DNA from: a virus
Taxonomy: Duplodnaviria > Caudoviricetes
Virus record (IMG/VR): IMGVR_UViG_3300037070_001217
Coordinates: 140 to 64,139 of that record
Length of the DNA stretch: 64,000 bases
Direction: 5' to 3' (one strand)
Part shown: positions 28,421-37,140 of the stretch, piece after piece
How the letters are laid out: the number at the start of each line of letters is the position of its first letter
How positions within the stretch are numbered: the stretch's first letter is position 1
Made by a program: the position numbers and the translations under genes
Notes under the pieces: model-generated
Seen by the model: only the letters and a program-made list of their open reading frames with translations
Databases searched by the model: none
What the model was told of the DNA's origin: nothing

Positions 28421-28861
28421 TCAGTTCCTTTCGTGTGTGCCGGGCCACCCAAGCAGGTGCCCAATCTCATGTCTCAGCAGGCGCACTGCCAGATCAGGAT
28501 CGTTCGGATCGCCGTCGCTGTAGACGATGATCGGCTGCGACAGGTCGCTGTAGCGGATCAGGCAACCGACCAGAAAACTGCCGTCGTTGCCTTCAGGATA
28601 CCGCACGCCCCAGCGTTCCAAGTTGATCCGGTCGCACTCGGCCTTGGCGCTCCCGTATGGCACAGAGATCAGCGGTGCTGCGTCGGGACCGAAGGCCTCG
28701 CGATAGTTCTGGATGACCTCGATCTCGGTGTTGCCGCCGATATCGTACTTGGATGGCGGGTAGCCATCATCGGCCAGCGCCGGTAAAGAGAGGGCGATCG
28801 CAGCCCCAATTGCGATCGCCCGGGCCACCCGACCCCGTACCCACAGGGTGGCCCTATTCAT
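28421..28861 (-). CDS. Secreted mini-zincin (HEXXH) protein
   Basis: Signal peptide ending PALA; C-terminal LLRHEIGHLLGW. Confidence 0.65.
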   Translation of the reverse strand: MNRATLWVRGRVARAIAIGAAIALSLPALADDGYPPSKYDIGGNTEIEVIQNYREAFGPDAAPLISVPYGSAKAECDRINLERWGVRYPEGNDGSFLVGCLIRYSDLSQPIIVYSDGDPNDPDLAVRLLRHEIGHLLGWPGTHERN

Positions 28862-29777
28862 GTTCGTTGGCCTTCTCCTCGGCCAGCATCGCTGCCGCCT
28901 GCATCCGCAGGTGATCCAGTCCCCAGCGGGGTCCGCAGACCGGGCCGACAACCGCCAGCACGCTGACCGGATCGCGCAGGGTCTTGCCGCAGCAGCAGCA
29001 GGCCTTGAACTTGCGGGCGTAGGCGATCGCCTCGGCGGTAGGATCGGCGGCCACCTTCTGCAGCACCTCGGTCACGTCCCGGGTGCCCCACTTGGCGATC
29101 CACTTGCCATCCTTCACCATGCCCAGATAGTCGTCGGTGTCGGTGTCGGTGACGTAGAGAGCGCCGGGGTTCTTGCCAGTCATCGGTGCCTGCTTGATGG
29201 TCACCTCGGTCGTCCTGAAGATGGGCTTCTTGACCAGCTTGACCGGGGCCCGATCGAACAGGGCCTGTATGCCATCAGTGGCGATCACCGGCCGGGCGGC
29301 CTCGCGCTTGGCGAAGAACTCGGCATCCTTGGCCATGTCGCGCTCGACCAGAGCCAACTGATTGTCGGTCAGCTTGCCCCACTCGGCCAGCTTCGCCAGC
29401 ATCCCGGTGTAGAAGTTGTTGCCCTTGTTGGCCCGCTTGGTCATGTAGGTGATCTCGGCGGCGTGGTCCGCTGCCCACTGGGCGATGTTGGCGGCCTTGG
29501 TGGCCTTGCCCTTGATGGCGGCGTTCTGCCCCTTGGTGATGTTGCCCTTCCCCTTGCACTTGAAGCAGGGGCCAGCGTCTCTGCCGGTGTAGGCGATGAA
29601 GCGCCCGGTGCCTCTGCAGGCAGGGCACTTGAAGGTGGCCTCACCGCCGTTGGCGATGTGGGCGTTCTTGCGAATGTCCTCGGGAGTGGTGGGCGTGCCG
29701 AAGTCGGCGTCGAAGCCGTCTTCAAACAGGTAGCCACCGGGGGTCCGGGGCTGGGTGGTGGTGTTCATAATGGTCAT
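28854..29777 (-). CDS. DUF6011-like Zn-finger protein
   Basis: CPACRGTG..CFKCKGKG Zn finger; C-terminal CCCCGKTLRDPVS..GPVC. Confidence 0.75.
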   Translation of the reverse strand: MTIMNTTTQPRTPGGYLFEDGFDADFGTPTTPEDIRKNAHIANGGEATFKCPACRGTGRFIAYTGRDAGPCFKCKGKGNITKGQNAAIKGKATKAANIAQWAADHAAEITYMTKRANKGNNFYTGMLAKLAEWGKLTDNQLALVERDMAKDAEFFAKREAARPVIATDGIQALFDRAPVKLVKKPIFRTTEVTIKQAPMTGKNPGALYVTDTDTDDYLGMVKDGKWIAKWGTRDVTEVLQKVAADPTAEAIAYARKFKACCCCGKTLRDPVSVLAVVGPVCGPRWGLDHLRMQAAAMLAEEKANEHE

Positions 29778-29800
29778 CTATCCCATGACGAATTGAACTT

Positions 29801-29850
29801 ACGTAGTACAAGTAGGCCTTGGTTTCCCCTCTGTCAACCGTGCTACGAAA
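29801..29850 (-). promoter_or_regulatory. Early promoter with two operator copies
   Basis: - strand TTGACA-17-TACTTG; operators ACGTAGTACAA (29801-29811) and CCGTGCTACGA (29838-29848). Confidence 0.75.
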
Positions 29851-29856
29851 ATAAAT

Positions 29857-30612
29857 TCAGGATGCTTTGCGCGCCTGCGTCGTCACGGCGGCGGCTTGCG
29901 CGGTCTTCAGTTGCTGGACGGTTGTCGGTGGCGTCTTCGCCTGCCCGGCAATCGGCGGTGTCACGCCCTCCTCTTGCTGCTTCTCTGCGGCGATCATCGA
30001 GTCGGCCAGCTTGAAGCTGTAGTCGGAAATTTTGCCGATCAGGTTGGCGACAACGGCATTGGAGGCGACGAATCCCTGCATCGCCATCGCGGCATAATAC
30101 TGCCGCTTGGTTAGGCCGGGGCTGGTGTAAATTTTGCCTTGGAACGGGTAGGCATAGTCGAAGGTGACCAACTGCCCCGAGATAGTCACATGACCGGAGA
30201 CGATCGACAGCGCGGGCATGGGGCGAACTTGGTAGGCAATGTCGATGAAAGGAAGATCGATCATGATCTTCCCAGCCGATAGGTTTACTCCACCGCCAGC
30301 TTGCCAACTGACCGGGTAGTCCCAGTAATCCGTCTGTTTGATCGGCGCGGCCGTGACCACGAAGTCATGCCACTTGGTCGCATCGTTGAGGTCATGGAGA
30401 TTGATAACGTCACCGATCTTGACCACGTCCAGAAGGATGCTCGCATCGATACCGTTAGCGGTGATCTTGTGAATCCGCAGTCGGTTCGCGGCCTTCTGCG
30501 ACGTCTGGTTCAGCCGCGTCTCCGCAGTCAGCGGCGGCGCTCCGGTTGCCGTGACGAAGTTCCACTGGCTCAGGAAGGCTGGCTGCTGGGCGGGGATCAG
30601 ATCGTCAACCAT
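29857..30612 (-). CDS. Hypothetical two-domain protein
   Basis: AGGAG RBS; beta-rich N-terminal domain; GLTKRQYYAAMAMQG motif common in small phage proteins. Confidence 0.65.
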   Translation of the reverse strand: MVDDLIPAQQPAFLSQWNFVTATGAPPLTAETRLNQTSQKAANRLRIHKITANGIDASILLDVVKIGDVINLHDLNDATKWHDFVVTAAPIKQTDYWDYPVSWQAGGGVNLSAGKIMIDLPFIDIAYQVRPMPALSIVSGHVTISGQLVTFDYAYPFQGKIYTSPGLTKRQYYAAMAMQGFVASNAVVANLIGKISDYSFKLADSMIAAEKQQEEGVTPPIAGQAKTPPTTVQQLKTAQAAAVTTQARKAS

Positions 30613-30783
30613 GCTCGGGCTCCTTCACTTCGACCTCGGCCGTCACGATGCGATCGAGGATCAGGTGCATGATGGTCGCCAGATCGCGGCGCTCGCCATC
30701 CGGTATCCGGGTGGCATCATACAGCCTGTGCAGGATATTGCGCAGGGTGGCGATGTCGGCGTCGTCAATGTGGTTCACTCGCA

Positions 30784-31872
30784 CTAGACATCTTCCTTGT
30801 GTGTGACGTTGTAGGTGTGGTCGACCCAGCCCAGCGTGGCATCGCCGCGCTCATGCTTCTTGATGTAGGTCTGGCGGCCGTGGCAGAGCGAGCACTCGAT
30901 GCGATCGGCCCCGTCGTCCATGATTTCCCACAGGTGCCTGCACTGCGTGGCGGGCAGGTGCCGCCAGTCGTCGCGCCAGTGCGCCCTTACCGGATGCCGC
31001 TTGCGGTGAGCAATGGCAATCAACCGCCGCGCCAGCACCCGGGTATCCTTCCGGGCCGGGATGTTCAAGGTGAGGGTCGAGTGGCTCAGATACCGCCTGA
31101 TCTTGCTACCCGCCATGAAGCCCTTGGTCTGGCGCACCGTGCCGATCGTCGTCGGGATGTCGTTAAGGGTGGCGAGCAGCGCCCAGACGCGGCGCACCAC
31201 GCCAGCCCATTCGTTGAGCAGGGAATTGTACGCACGGAGTATTCTGGGATCATGGCTCGGATCATTGATCAGCGGGCTCACCACGCAGTTGACGTTGTCG
31301 CGAACGTAGTTGCTGATGCCGACGATGATCTCCGACGCCGCCGATTGGTTCTCGGTCGTCACCGATTTCCACCACGGCAGCGGCGAGTCGTCAGCGCACC
31401 AGCCGAAGGCGAACGGGAATGTCCACAGAGCGAAGCCATGTAAATCCGGGGCATCGCTCTGCGTCCACATGTGCATGATGTAGGCGGTGTCGATGTTCGG
31501 ATGCTGCTGGATCAGCCAGCCCTCGCGCTGGGGAACTTCACTCTCATCGGGCATCACCGTGCCGCGAATCTCGTTGGCCCTCTTCTGGTAGGCGCGCAGC
31601 GGGTACTCGATCCAGATCGCCTCGTAGGGCAGGCGTGCCTGCACCCGGATCGAATCGGCAATGCGCGGACTGAGCGGGTTCGGCGTCCCGGCCTTGATGA
31701 AACTCTCGTTGGCCAGATCGGCCATGAACGCGGCCATCGGCTCATCGACAATAAAACGACGCGCCCTTTCGAGCGCGTGCCTCACCTTGGTGTTGTCCTT
31801 CCAGCCGGGGATGGTCTTGTTCCGGCAGGCAAGCCGATAGATTTCGTCCATCAGGGTGGGGGCGGACTTCAT
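30784..31872 (-). CDS. Conserved phage hypothetical protein
   Basis: RLPYEAIWIE and C-terminal H.VRAHWR..HERGDATLG motifs. Confidence 0.75.
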   Translation of the reverse strand: MKSAPTLMDEIYRLACRNKTIPGWKDNTKVRHALERARRFIVDEPMAAFMADLANESFIKAGTPNPLSPRIADSIRVQARLPYEAIWIEYPLRAYQKRANEIRGTVMPDESEVPQREGWLIQQHPNIDTAYIMHMWTQSDAPDLHGFALWTFPFAFGWCADDSPLPWWKSVTTENQSAASEIIVGISNYVRDNVNCVVSPLINDPSHDPRILRAYNSLLNEWAGVVRRVWALLATLNDIPTTIGTVRQTKGFMAGSKIRRYLSHSTLTLNIPARKDTRVLARRLIAIAHRKRHPVRAHWRDDWRHLPATQCRHLWEIMDDGADRIECSLCHGRQTYIKKHERGDATLGWVDHTYNVTHKEDV

Positions 31873-32541
31873 TCGATCACGCCCTGCTTGCGCAGGCGAT
31901 CGGCCAGCCGCTCCTGCTCCCGGCGTAGCGCCTTGCGCAGCCGGTCAGCTTGGACCGGGGTGAACTCATCGCGGTCGACGCCGAAGGCCCCACCAAAGAA
32001 GGCGGCGCTCTCGGTGCCGGGCATGACGTTGAGTGCGGCCTCGTACATCAGGTACTTGGCCATCTTGGTGTAGTTCATCACCGCCCCCTCTTCATGAAGT
32101 CGGCAACGGCCTCGTCGGCCTCGTCGGCCTTGAAGTAGTGGCCCCAGTAGGTGCCGGGGAACTTGTCGGTGTTGGCCTGCCACGTCACGAACGGGGTGAC
32201 ATCGTTGTGGGGCAGGTAGGCGAGCACGATCTCGGCCGGGACATTCCCCGCTCTGGCCTTCAGGGTGCGGCGCATCTTGATCTCGCCACCAGATTCGGTG
32301 ACGCCCAAGGTGGGCATGGTGGTTAGAAGGGCCGGGTCTGCCTTGTTGACGTAGACTGGTCCGCCTTCCGCGATCGCGCGATTGACGGCGCGCGTCAGTG
32401 CTTCTCTTGCCGGGTTGGTCACGTTGTCATCTCCCTCATTGCGCCGAAGAGCATGTCGAAGACCGCCTGCATGATCGCGCGCATCTTCTGCTTGGCTCTG
32501 GCTCTGGCTCTGTTCTGCTTCATCATTCTTCTGGTCAGCAT
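31869..32541 (-). CDS. Three small early genes (31869-32078, 32078-32422, 32419-32541)
   Basis: Overlapping start/stop codons; RBS downstream of the 32.6-kb promoter. Confidence 0.55.
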
Positions 32542-32588
32542 GACTGCCCACCTCCGGGGGCTTTGCGCTGGTTTCTAGTTCCACCACG

Positions 32589-32635
32589 AACATAGCGATC
32601 GTACTACGAAACTGCAAGGGGGTGTGCCACAAAAT
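32589..32635 (-). promoter_or_regulatory. Early promoter with operators
   Basis: - strand TTGCAG-17-TATGTT; TCGTACTACGA at 32599-32609 plus degenerate GTGTGCCACAA. Confidence 0.75.
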
Positions 32636-32670
32636 AATTTGCCGCCGGGAGGTGGCTGGTCCCGGCGGCA
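32631..32670 (-). terminator. Intrinsic terminator after the ParB-like cassette
   Basis: TGCCGCCGGGA/TCCCGGCGGCA 11-bp stem followed by AATTATTTT on the - strand. Confidence 0.65.
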
Positions 32671-32671
32671 C

Positions 32672-32690
32672 GCCTCCAAAATCTTGGAGG
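32672..32690. repeat. 19-bp palindromic direct repeat, copy 1
   Basis: GCCTCCAAAATCTTGGAGG, identical to 34368-34386. Confidence 0.9.
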
Positions 32691-32692
32691 GG

Positions 32693-33247
32693 TTAGACCT
32701 TAGCGATCTTGCGCGGCACCGGGATGCCGGTGACCTTGGCGATCTCGACCACCTTCTCGGTCTTGCCGCCGTGGATCAACTGCTTGGTGATGGCCTTGCC
32801 AAATTCGCCGTTCTGCTTCTTGCGGCCAGCTATATTCTTCTGCGCCATGTCGGCCTTCCAGAGCGCGAAGCGGCCTTCAGCGAAGGTGCCCATCACCCAC
32901 CCGGCGGTGCGCTTGCCGTAGCCGTGCGCCATGTACGTTCCGACGAGCAGGGGATCGTCAGTGATCTGCATTGCCCGCTTCTCTGCCGCCTTGGCCTTGA
33001 AGAAGGATTCGGCCACCGGGATCAGGTTGATGCTGCCACCCGGCCATGACTTGTCGTCAATGAGCTTCTTGACGATCCAGTCCCAGCGCACGCTGTCGAT
33101 CAGGAAGCTGTCGTGAACGTCGGCCATGACTTCCTCCTTGCGGAAACAGCCGTCGATCATCAGCTTGCCAATGCAATCGTTCAGCACCTTCTGGTGGAGG
33201 TCGCTGCTGGCAAACAGCGCCTCCGTCATGTTGTGACGATCAGCCAT
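32693..33247 (-). CDS. Hypothetical protein, partner of the ParB-like gene
   Basis: GGAGG RBS; overlaps the stop of the ParB-like gene. Confidence 0.7.
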   Translation of the reverse strand: MADRHNMTEALFASSDLHQKVLNDCIGKLMIDGCFRKEEVMADVHDSFLIDSVRWDWIVKKLIDDKSWPGGSINLIPVAESFFKAKAAEKRAMQITDDPLLVGTYMAHGYGKRTAGWVMGTFAEGRFALWKADMAQKNIAGRKKQNGEFGKAITKQLIHGGKTEKVVEIAKVTGIPVPRKIAKV

Positions 33248-34274
33248 TGCGCGGCCCTCCGATCTGCGACTGTGCGGGGAACGACTGGATGTTTTTTGGC
33301 GTCAGCCGCTTGCGCCAGCGATCGGCGCGGGCACCCAGTTCCGACAGTTCGTAATCGATGCGGCGCAGGATGACCTTGTCGCCCTCGTCGGTCACGTACT
33401 TGAGCGCCTTGGCGATCTCGTTGAGCCGATCGGCCGCACCGTCACTCTCCAGCACCTTGCGGAGGTCCGTCGCCAGCTTGTGGCCGAAGGCGTCGAACAG
33501 AGGTGTGGCCTTCTCCTTCGAGCGACCGGCAGCGCGCATCGTGTTGACGTCAACGCGACTGCCGATCTGACTGGCTGGCACGGTTCCCTTCTTGGCCTCC
33601 TTGACAGTCTCCTTGACGCCCCTCCCGACCATCGTCTTGGCATGCTCGATATCTTTGGCCTCGGCCCCGGATAGCTTGCCCATCTTGCTGATGCTATCCA
33701 TGCGGGACAGCGCGCGTTCGACAATATGACGGGCGGCGCTCACGGTCAGACCGTCGAGGTCTTTCCGCTCGATATAGCCGCCTTCAATCAGAGCGACAGC
33801 GCCAGCGCAGGCGCGAGCGATCTGGTTCATCTGATCCTGTCCGGTAGAGCCTTTCATCTCCATCCATCCAAGAAGTCTAGCAATATCAACGGCTTTCAGA
33901 TTTTTCCGGACTGATCCGGAAAATTTTACGCCAGCCTCCCACGTATTGAGCATGACGAGGAAGTCGGCGCTGTAGTCCTCGCCGTTCTCGCGGCCCATGA
34001 ACTGCACCATCTGCTCGTCGGTGAGGTCGCGGACGATGACCGGCACCTCCGTGAGCTTCATTTCCTTGGCGGCGGTGAGGCGCTGGTGACCGAAGGCCTG
34101 TTCGTAATGGTTGTCTTTGGGGCGGGCGATGATGCTCTCCCACATTCCGACCGTGGCGATGGACGCCTTGAGAGTGTCCACCTTCGATCGGATGACCGGA
34201 TAGTTGGCCAGATCGCGGAACGGATTGGCGACGATCTTGTCGATCGGCACCATTTTGATTTCAGATGGTTTCAT
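33240..34274 (-). CDS. ParB/Srx N-terminal-domain protein
   Basis: VPIDKIVANP..LKASI..G..IIAR..FGHQRLTAAK..VPVIVRDLTDE..EN; AGAAAGGAG RBS. Confidence 0.85.
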   Translation of the reverse strand: MKPSEIKMVPIDKIVANPFRDLANYPVIRSKVDTLKASIATVGMWESIIARPKDNHYEQAFGHQRLTAAKEMKLTEVPVIVRDLTDEQMVQFMGRENGEDYSADFLVMLNTWEAGVKFSGSVRKNLKAVDIARLLGWMEMKGSTGQDQMNQIARACAGAVALIEGGYIERKDLDGLTVSAARHIVERALSRMDSISKMGKLSGAEAKDIEHAKTMVGRGVKETVKEAKKGTVPASQIGSRVDVNTMRAAGRSKEKATPLFDAFGHKLATDLRKVLESDGAADRLNEIAKALKYVTDEGDKVILRRIDYELSELGARADRWRKRLTPKNIQSFPAQSQIGGPRNG

Positions 34275-34312
34275 TACGTTGCTCCTTTCTGAAGCGTTGT
34301 GGCTAAGCGCTC

Positions 34313-34360
34313 ATAAAGGGCACAGTCAACAAAGCCTGTCAAACGAAATGTATTACGAAA
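34313..34360 (-). promoter_or_regulatory. Promoter of the ParB-like cassette with operator
   Basis: - strand TTGACA at 34337-34342; ATGTATTACGA at 34348-34358. Confidence 0.6.
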
Positions 34361-34367
34361 CTTTCCG

Positions 34368-34386
34368 GCCTCCAAAATCTTGGAGG
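34368..34386. repeat. 19-bp palindromic direct repeat, copy 2
   Basis: GCCTCCAAAATCTTGGAGG. Confidence 0.9.
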
Positions 34387-34391
34387 TCGCG

Positions 34392-34739
34392 CTAGCTGAC
34401 CACCCTCGGCAACCAGCGCCTCGTCCCGATTCCCCGCTTGCGGATCGCCCGCACCATCTTGTCTGGCGGGGTGCTGGTCCGATCGGTCATGGCGCACCAG
34501 TAGTCGCCATCGATCTCAAGGTAGGTGGCGGCGATGTCGCCGGTCAGACGCTCGATCATGCGGAACCCGTGGTCGACGGTTTCCGGGGGCAGCATCTCGA
34601 GGAAGTGCCAGTAAATGGCCTCATCGATCTGCCAGTATTTGCCCAGCATCCAGCGGGCGGGAAACCCGTTGCGGGTGTAGTCATTCAGGTTGGCGTAGTG
34701 CTGGGCGGGATCGCCCTTGGCTGATCTCAACATCATCAT
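34392..34739 (-). CDS. DUF1419-like protein
   Basis: WQIDE..Y..FLEMLPP..F.M.E..TG motif; GAAGGAGG RBS. Confidence 0.6.
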   Translation of the reverse strand: MMMLRSAKGDPAQHYANLNDYTRNGFPARWMLGKYWQIDEAIYWHFLEMLPPETVDHGFRMIERLTGDIAATYLEIDGDYWCAMTDRTSTPPDKMVRAIRKRGIGTRRWLPRVVS

Positions 34740-34790
34740 GCTAGTCCTCCTTCAGGGTGGTTAACTTGGACTGGTCTAAGTTGCGGGCGG

Positions 34791-35230
34791 CTAATCCATC
34801 CTCGCCATCTCGAACGTGTCGTCTGGCTGCAGGACCAGCACGTAGGCGTGCGGGTAGAACAGGACGCGCTCGTCACGCAGCATGGTCATGGCGAACGGGT
34901 AGAGCGGCGGGTCGCCGGGGTATCTGGCGCGCATCGTGGCCGGGGCGTATTCCCAGCCGGGCTGTGGTCGCCAGCCGCCGACGTAGTTGTTGTCGTACTG
35001 CTCTGCGGCCGGGCGCGGATCATCCTCGGACAGGAAGCCCGGCAGGTAGCCTAACTGCTCCATGTCGAAGCGGCGGTCGAGGCCGACGTAGATCATGGCA
35101 GCACCTTGCAGTCGTAGCTTTCCACCTTCACCGTCTTGCCCGTGTCGAGCTTGACGATGAAGCTGTGGTAATCTGGCGCGCTCACGATGAAGCCAAGGCC
35201 GTAGGGGGTTTTGATACGGAAGCGGGTCAT
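34791..35230 (-). CDS. Two small early genes (34791-35096, 35093-35230)
   Basis: Coupled ORFs; YPGDPPLYP..DERV motif in the first. Confidence 0.6.
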
Positions 35231-35502
35231 GCCGCCTCCTCCTTGGGCCGGTGGAAGCGCGGCACGAAGTGGTGGTCGAGCTTGCCAGTCTCGCGGTTGA
35301 TGTTGGCGCGGATGCCGAAGAAGTCGTGGACGAAGTTGCTGTCGTCGGCGGCCAGCCACGCATCGAGATCGAGCGGGTACTGCTTGTCGGCGTTGTCGAT
35401 ATCCATGATCGAGGTCAGCCGATCGAGGTGGATGTTGTGCTTGCGGGCGATCGGCTCCGCGCGCTGGATGATCTTGACGATCGTGTCGAACTTGTCGGTC
35501 AT
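35227..35502 (-). CDS. DUF6874-like protein
   Basis: MDI..LDL..LAADD.NF.HD..GI..NINR.TGKL..F.PRF. Confidence 0.7.
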   Translation of the reverse strand: MTDKFDTIVKIIQRAEPIARKHNIHLDRLTSIMDIDNADKQYPLDLDAWLAADDSNFVHDFFGIRANINRETGKLDHHFVPRFHRPKEEAA

Positions 35503-36008
35503 TGGACTCTCCTTCTCTTTCTCATGTGGCTGCGCATCTTCGCGGCGAACTTCATGCCGCTCGGACCCAGTGCGTACTTTTGCGCGGCGGGATCGATGCT
35601 CTTAGCGCCGCTTGCATTGGCCTGATCGATCTTGTGCAGGACGTTGCGGCGGGCGTGCTCAGTCATCTTGCGTGGCACCGGAATGCCGTGGGCACGCATC
35701 ACACCGTGTGCCCAGACCTCGGCCTCGTACTCTTTGACGTGGCTCGGCTTGCGGTTGCGCGGGCCATGCAAGTGGGCGTGGGCGCATTCGTGCAGCCAGA
35801 TGTAAAGGGACTTGCGGGTCACTGGGCGCGGCGCGTCGATGTGCTTCTTGTCGGTCCAGCACAGGCCGGTCAGGGACTTCCTGAAAGCGAACGTCCATCC
35901 GGCTGGCAGGGAGTTCATCCCGATCTCATAGAACCGCTTGGCGGCCTCGCGCTTGGCGCGCTGCAGGGCTTCGCCGTCCTGTCGAGCGAATGATCTGAGG
36001 TCAGCCAT
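35499..36008 (-). CDS. Zincin-type (HEXXH) metallopeptidase-like protein
   Basis: G.C..K.I..P..WLHECAHAHL..EYEAE. Confidence 0.7.
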   Translation of the reverse strand: MADLRSFARQDGEALQRAKREAAKRFYEIGMNSLPAGWTFAFRKSLTGLCWTDKKHIDAPRPVTRKSLYIWLHECAHAHLHGPRNRKPSHVKEYEAEVWAHGVMRAHGIPVPRKMTEHARRNVLHKIDQANASGAKSIDPAAQKYALGPSGMKFAAKMRSHMRKRRRVQ

Positions 36009-37073
36009 CAGATCACCTCGCAGTCTGCGAGCACGAACATCTTGGTCTTGCCGCTCTTGTCGAGCTTGACGTAAGCGATCTCGATCTCGTCGTCGGGGCG
36101 GTGCTGCCCCTTCTCTTTGGTCGCTCGCTGGGTGACGATCTTGACGATCTCGCCGTAGCGATCGCCGCGCATCCAAGAGTCGGTGAAGGCGGGGATTTGC
36201 ACGCGGGTCATCTCAACTCCTCCCATGCGGCCTGCTGATCGGCAGCGACCGCGTTCAACTTGATCTGCTGCTCGGGGGTGAACTCGCCCCAGAAGTCGGT
36301 GACGGCGTTGATGCCGATCACGTCGTGCGGGCCGATGTCCTCGATGTTCTCGCGGTAGGCGTTGTCGTACTTGCCAACGCAGGCCCAGAGCGCCGTGTAG
36401 AGGTCGTCTTCGACGCCGTCCCAGCATTCGGCCACCGTGTCAGGGGTGACGTACTTGAGGGCGGGGTGCGGGATGAGGGTGGTCATGTCAGTTCCTTTCT
36501 GTTGGCCGCCTTAGCCATTGCCTGCTCGGCGGCGTAGCGGCTGCGGTAGTAGCCGCCGATCTGTCGCTTCTCATGCCGGTCCCAAAGCATCCAAGCCTTG
36601 GCGGTGCGGAGCACGATGTAGCGGGGGAGGGTCATGCCACCCTCCTGTCTCTGCCCACCCGGTCCATCAGCAAGCCGCCGGGTATGCGGTATGTGTAGCC
36701 AAGGAACATGAGGTTGACGGCGTCCTGCCCGGTTGCCCGGTCGACGTTCCAGAGCGCGGTGACGGTGTAGGTGTCGTCGCGGTGAACCTTGTCCACCCGG
36801 GCGCGGACGGGATGGCGCGGGTCGCCCTGCGCGAAGTAGAAGACGGTGTCGCCCTTCTTGAAGCGGGTCATGTTAGGCTCCTTTCATCTTGGCCAAGCAG
36901 GCGGCGGCGCACATGGCGTCAGCGTAGCGCTGCAGGGCGGTGGGCTGCTCGATCGTCTCTGCGACGGTCTGGAGCCCTAACTGAAGCTGGTGCTGGCACA
37001 TCCAGTCGATGGCCTGCCTCTCTTCAAAGACGCGCTCTGTCGCGCGGCCGGGGCACTGGTATTCGTGGCGCAT
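36008..37073 (-). CDS. Five small early genes (36008-36211, 36208-36486, 36483-36635, 36632-36871, 36873-37073)
   Basis: Tightly tiled ORFs with strong RBS and ATGA overlaps. Confidence 0.6.
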
Positions 37074-37094
37074 GACGTTCTCCTTTCCTATCCC

Positions 37095-37140
37095 GAATGT
37101 GGAGCGTCGTACTACGAAAGTCAAGGGGGTGTACTACAAT
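37095..37140 (-). promoter_or_regulatory. Early promoter with two operators
   Basis: - strand TTGACT-17-CACATT; TCGTACTACGA at 37107-37117 and GTGTACTACAA at 37129-37139. Confidence 0.8.
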
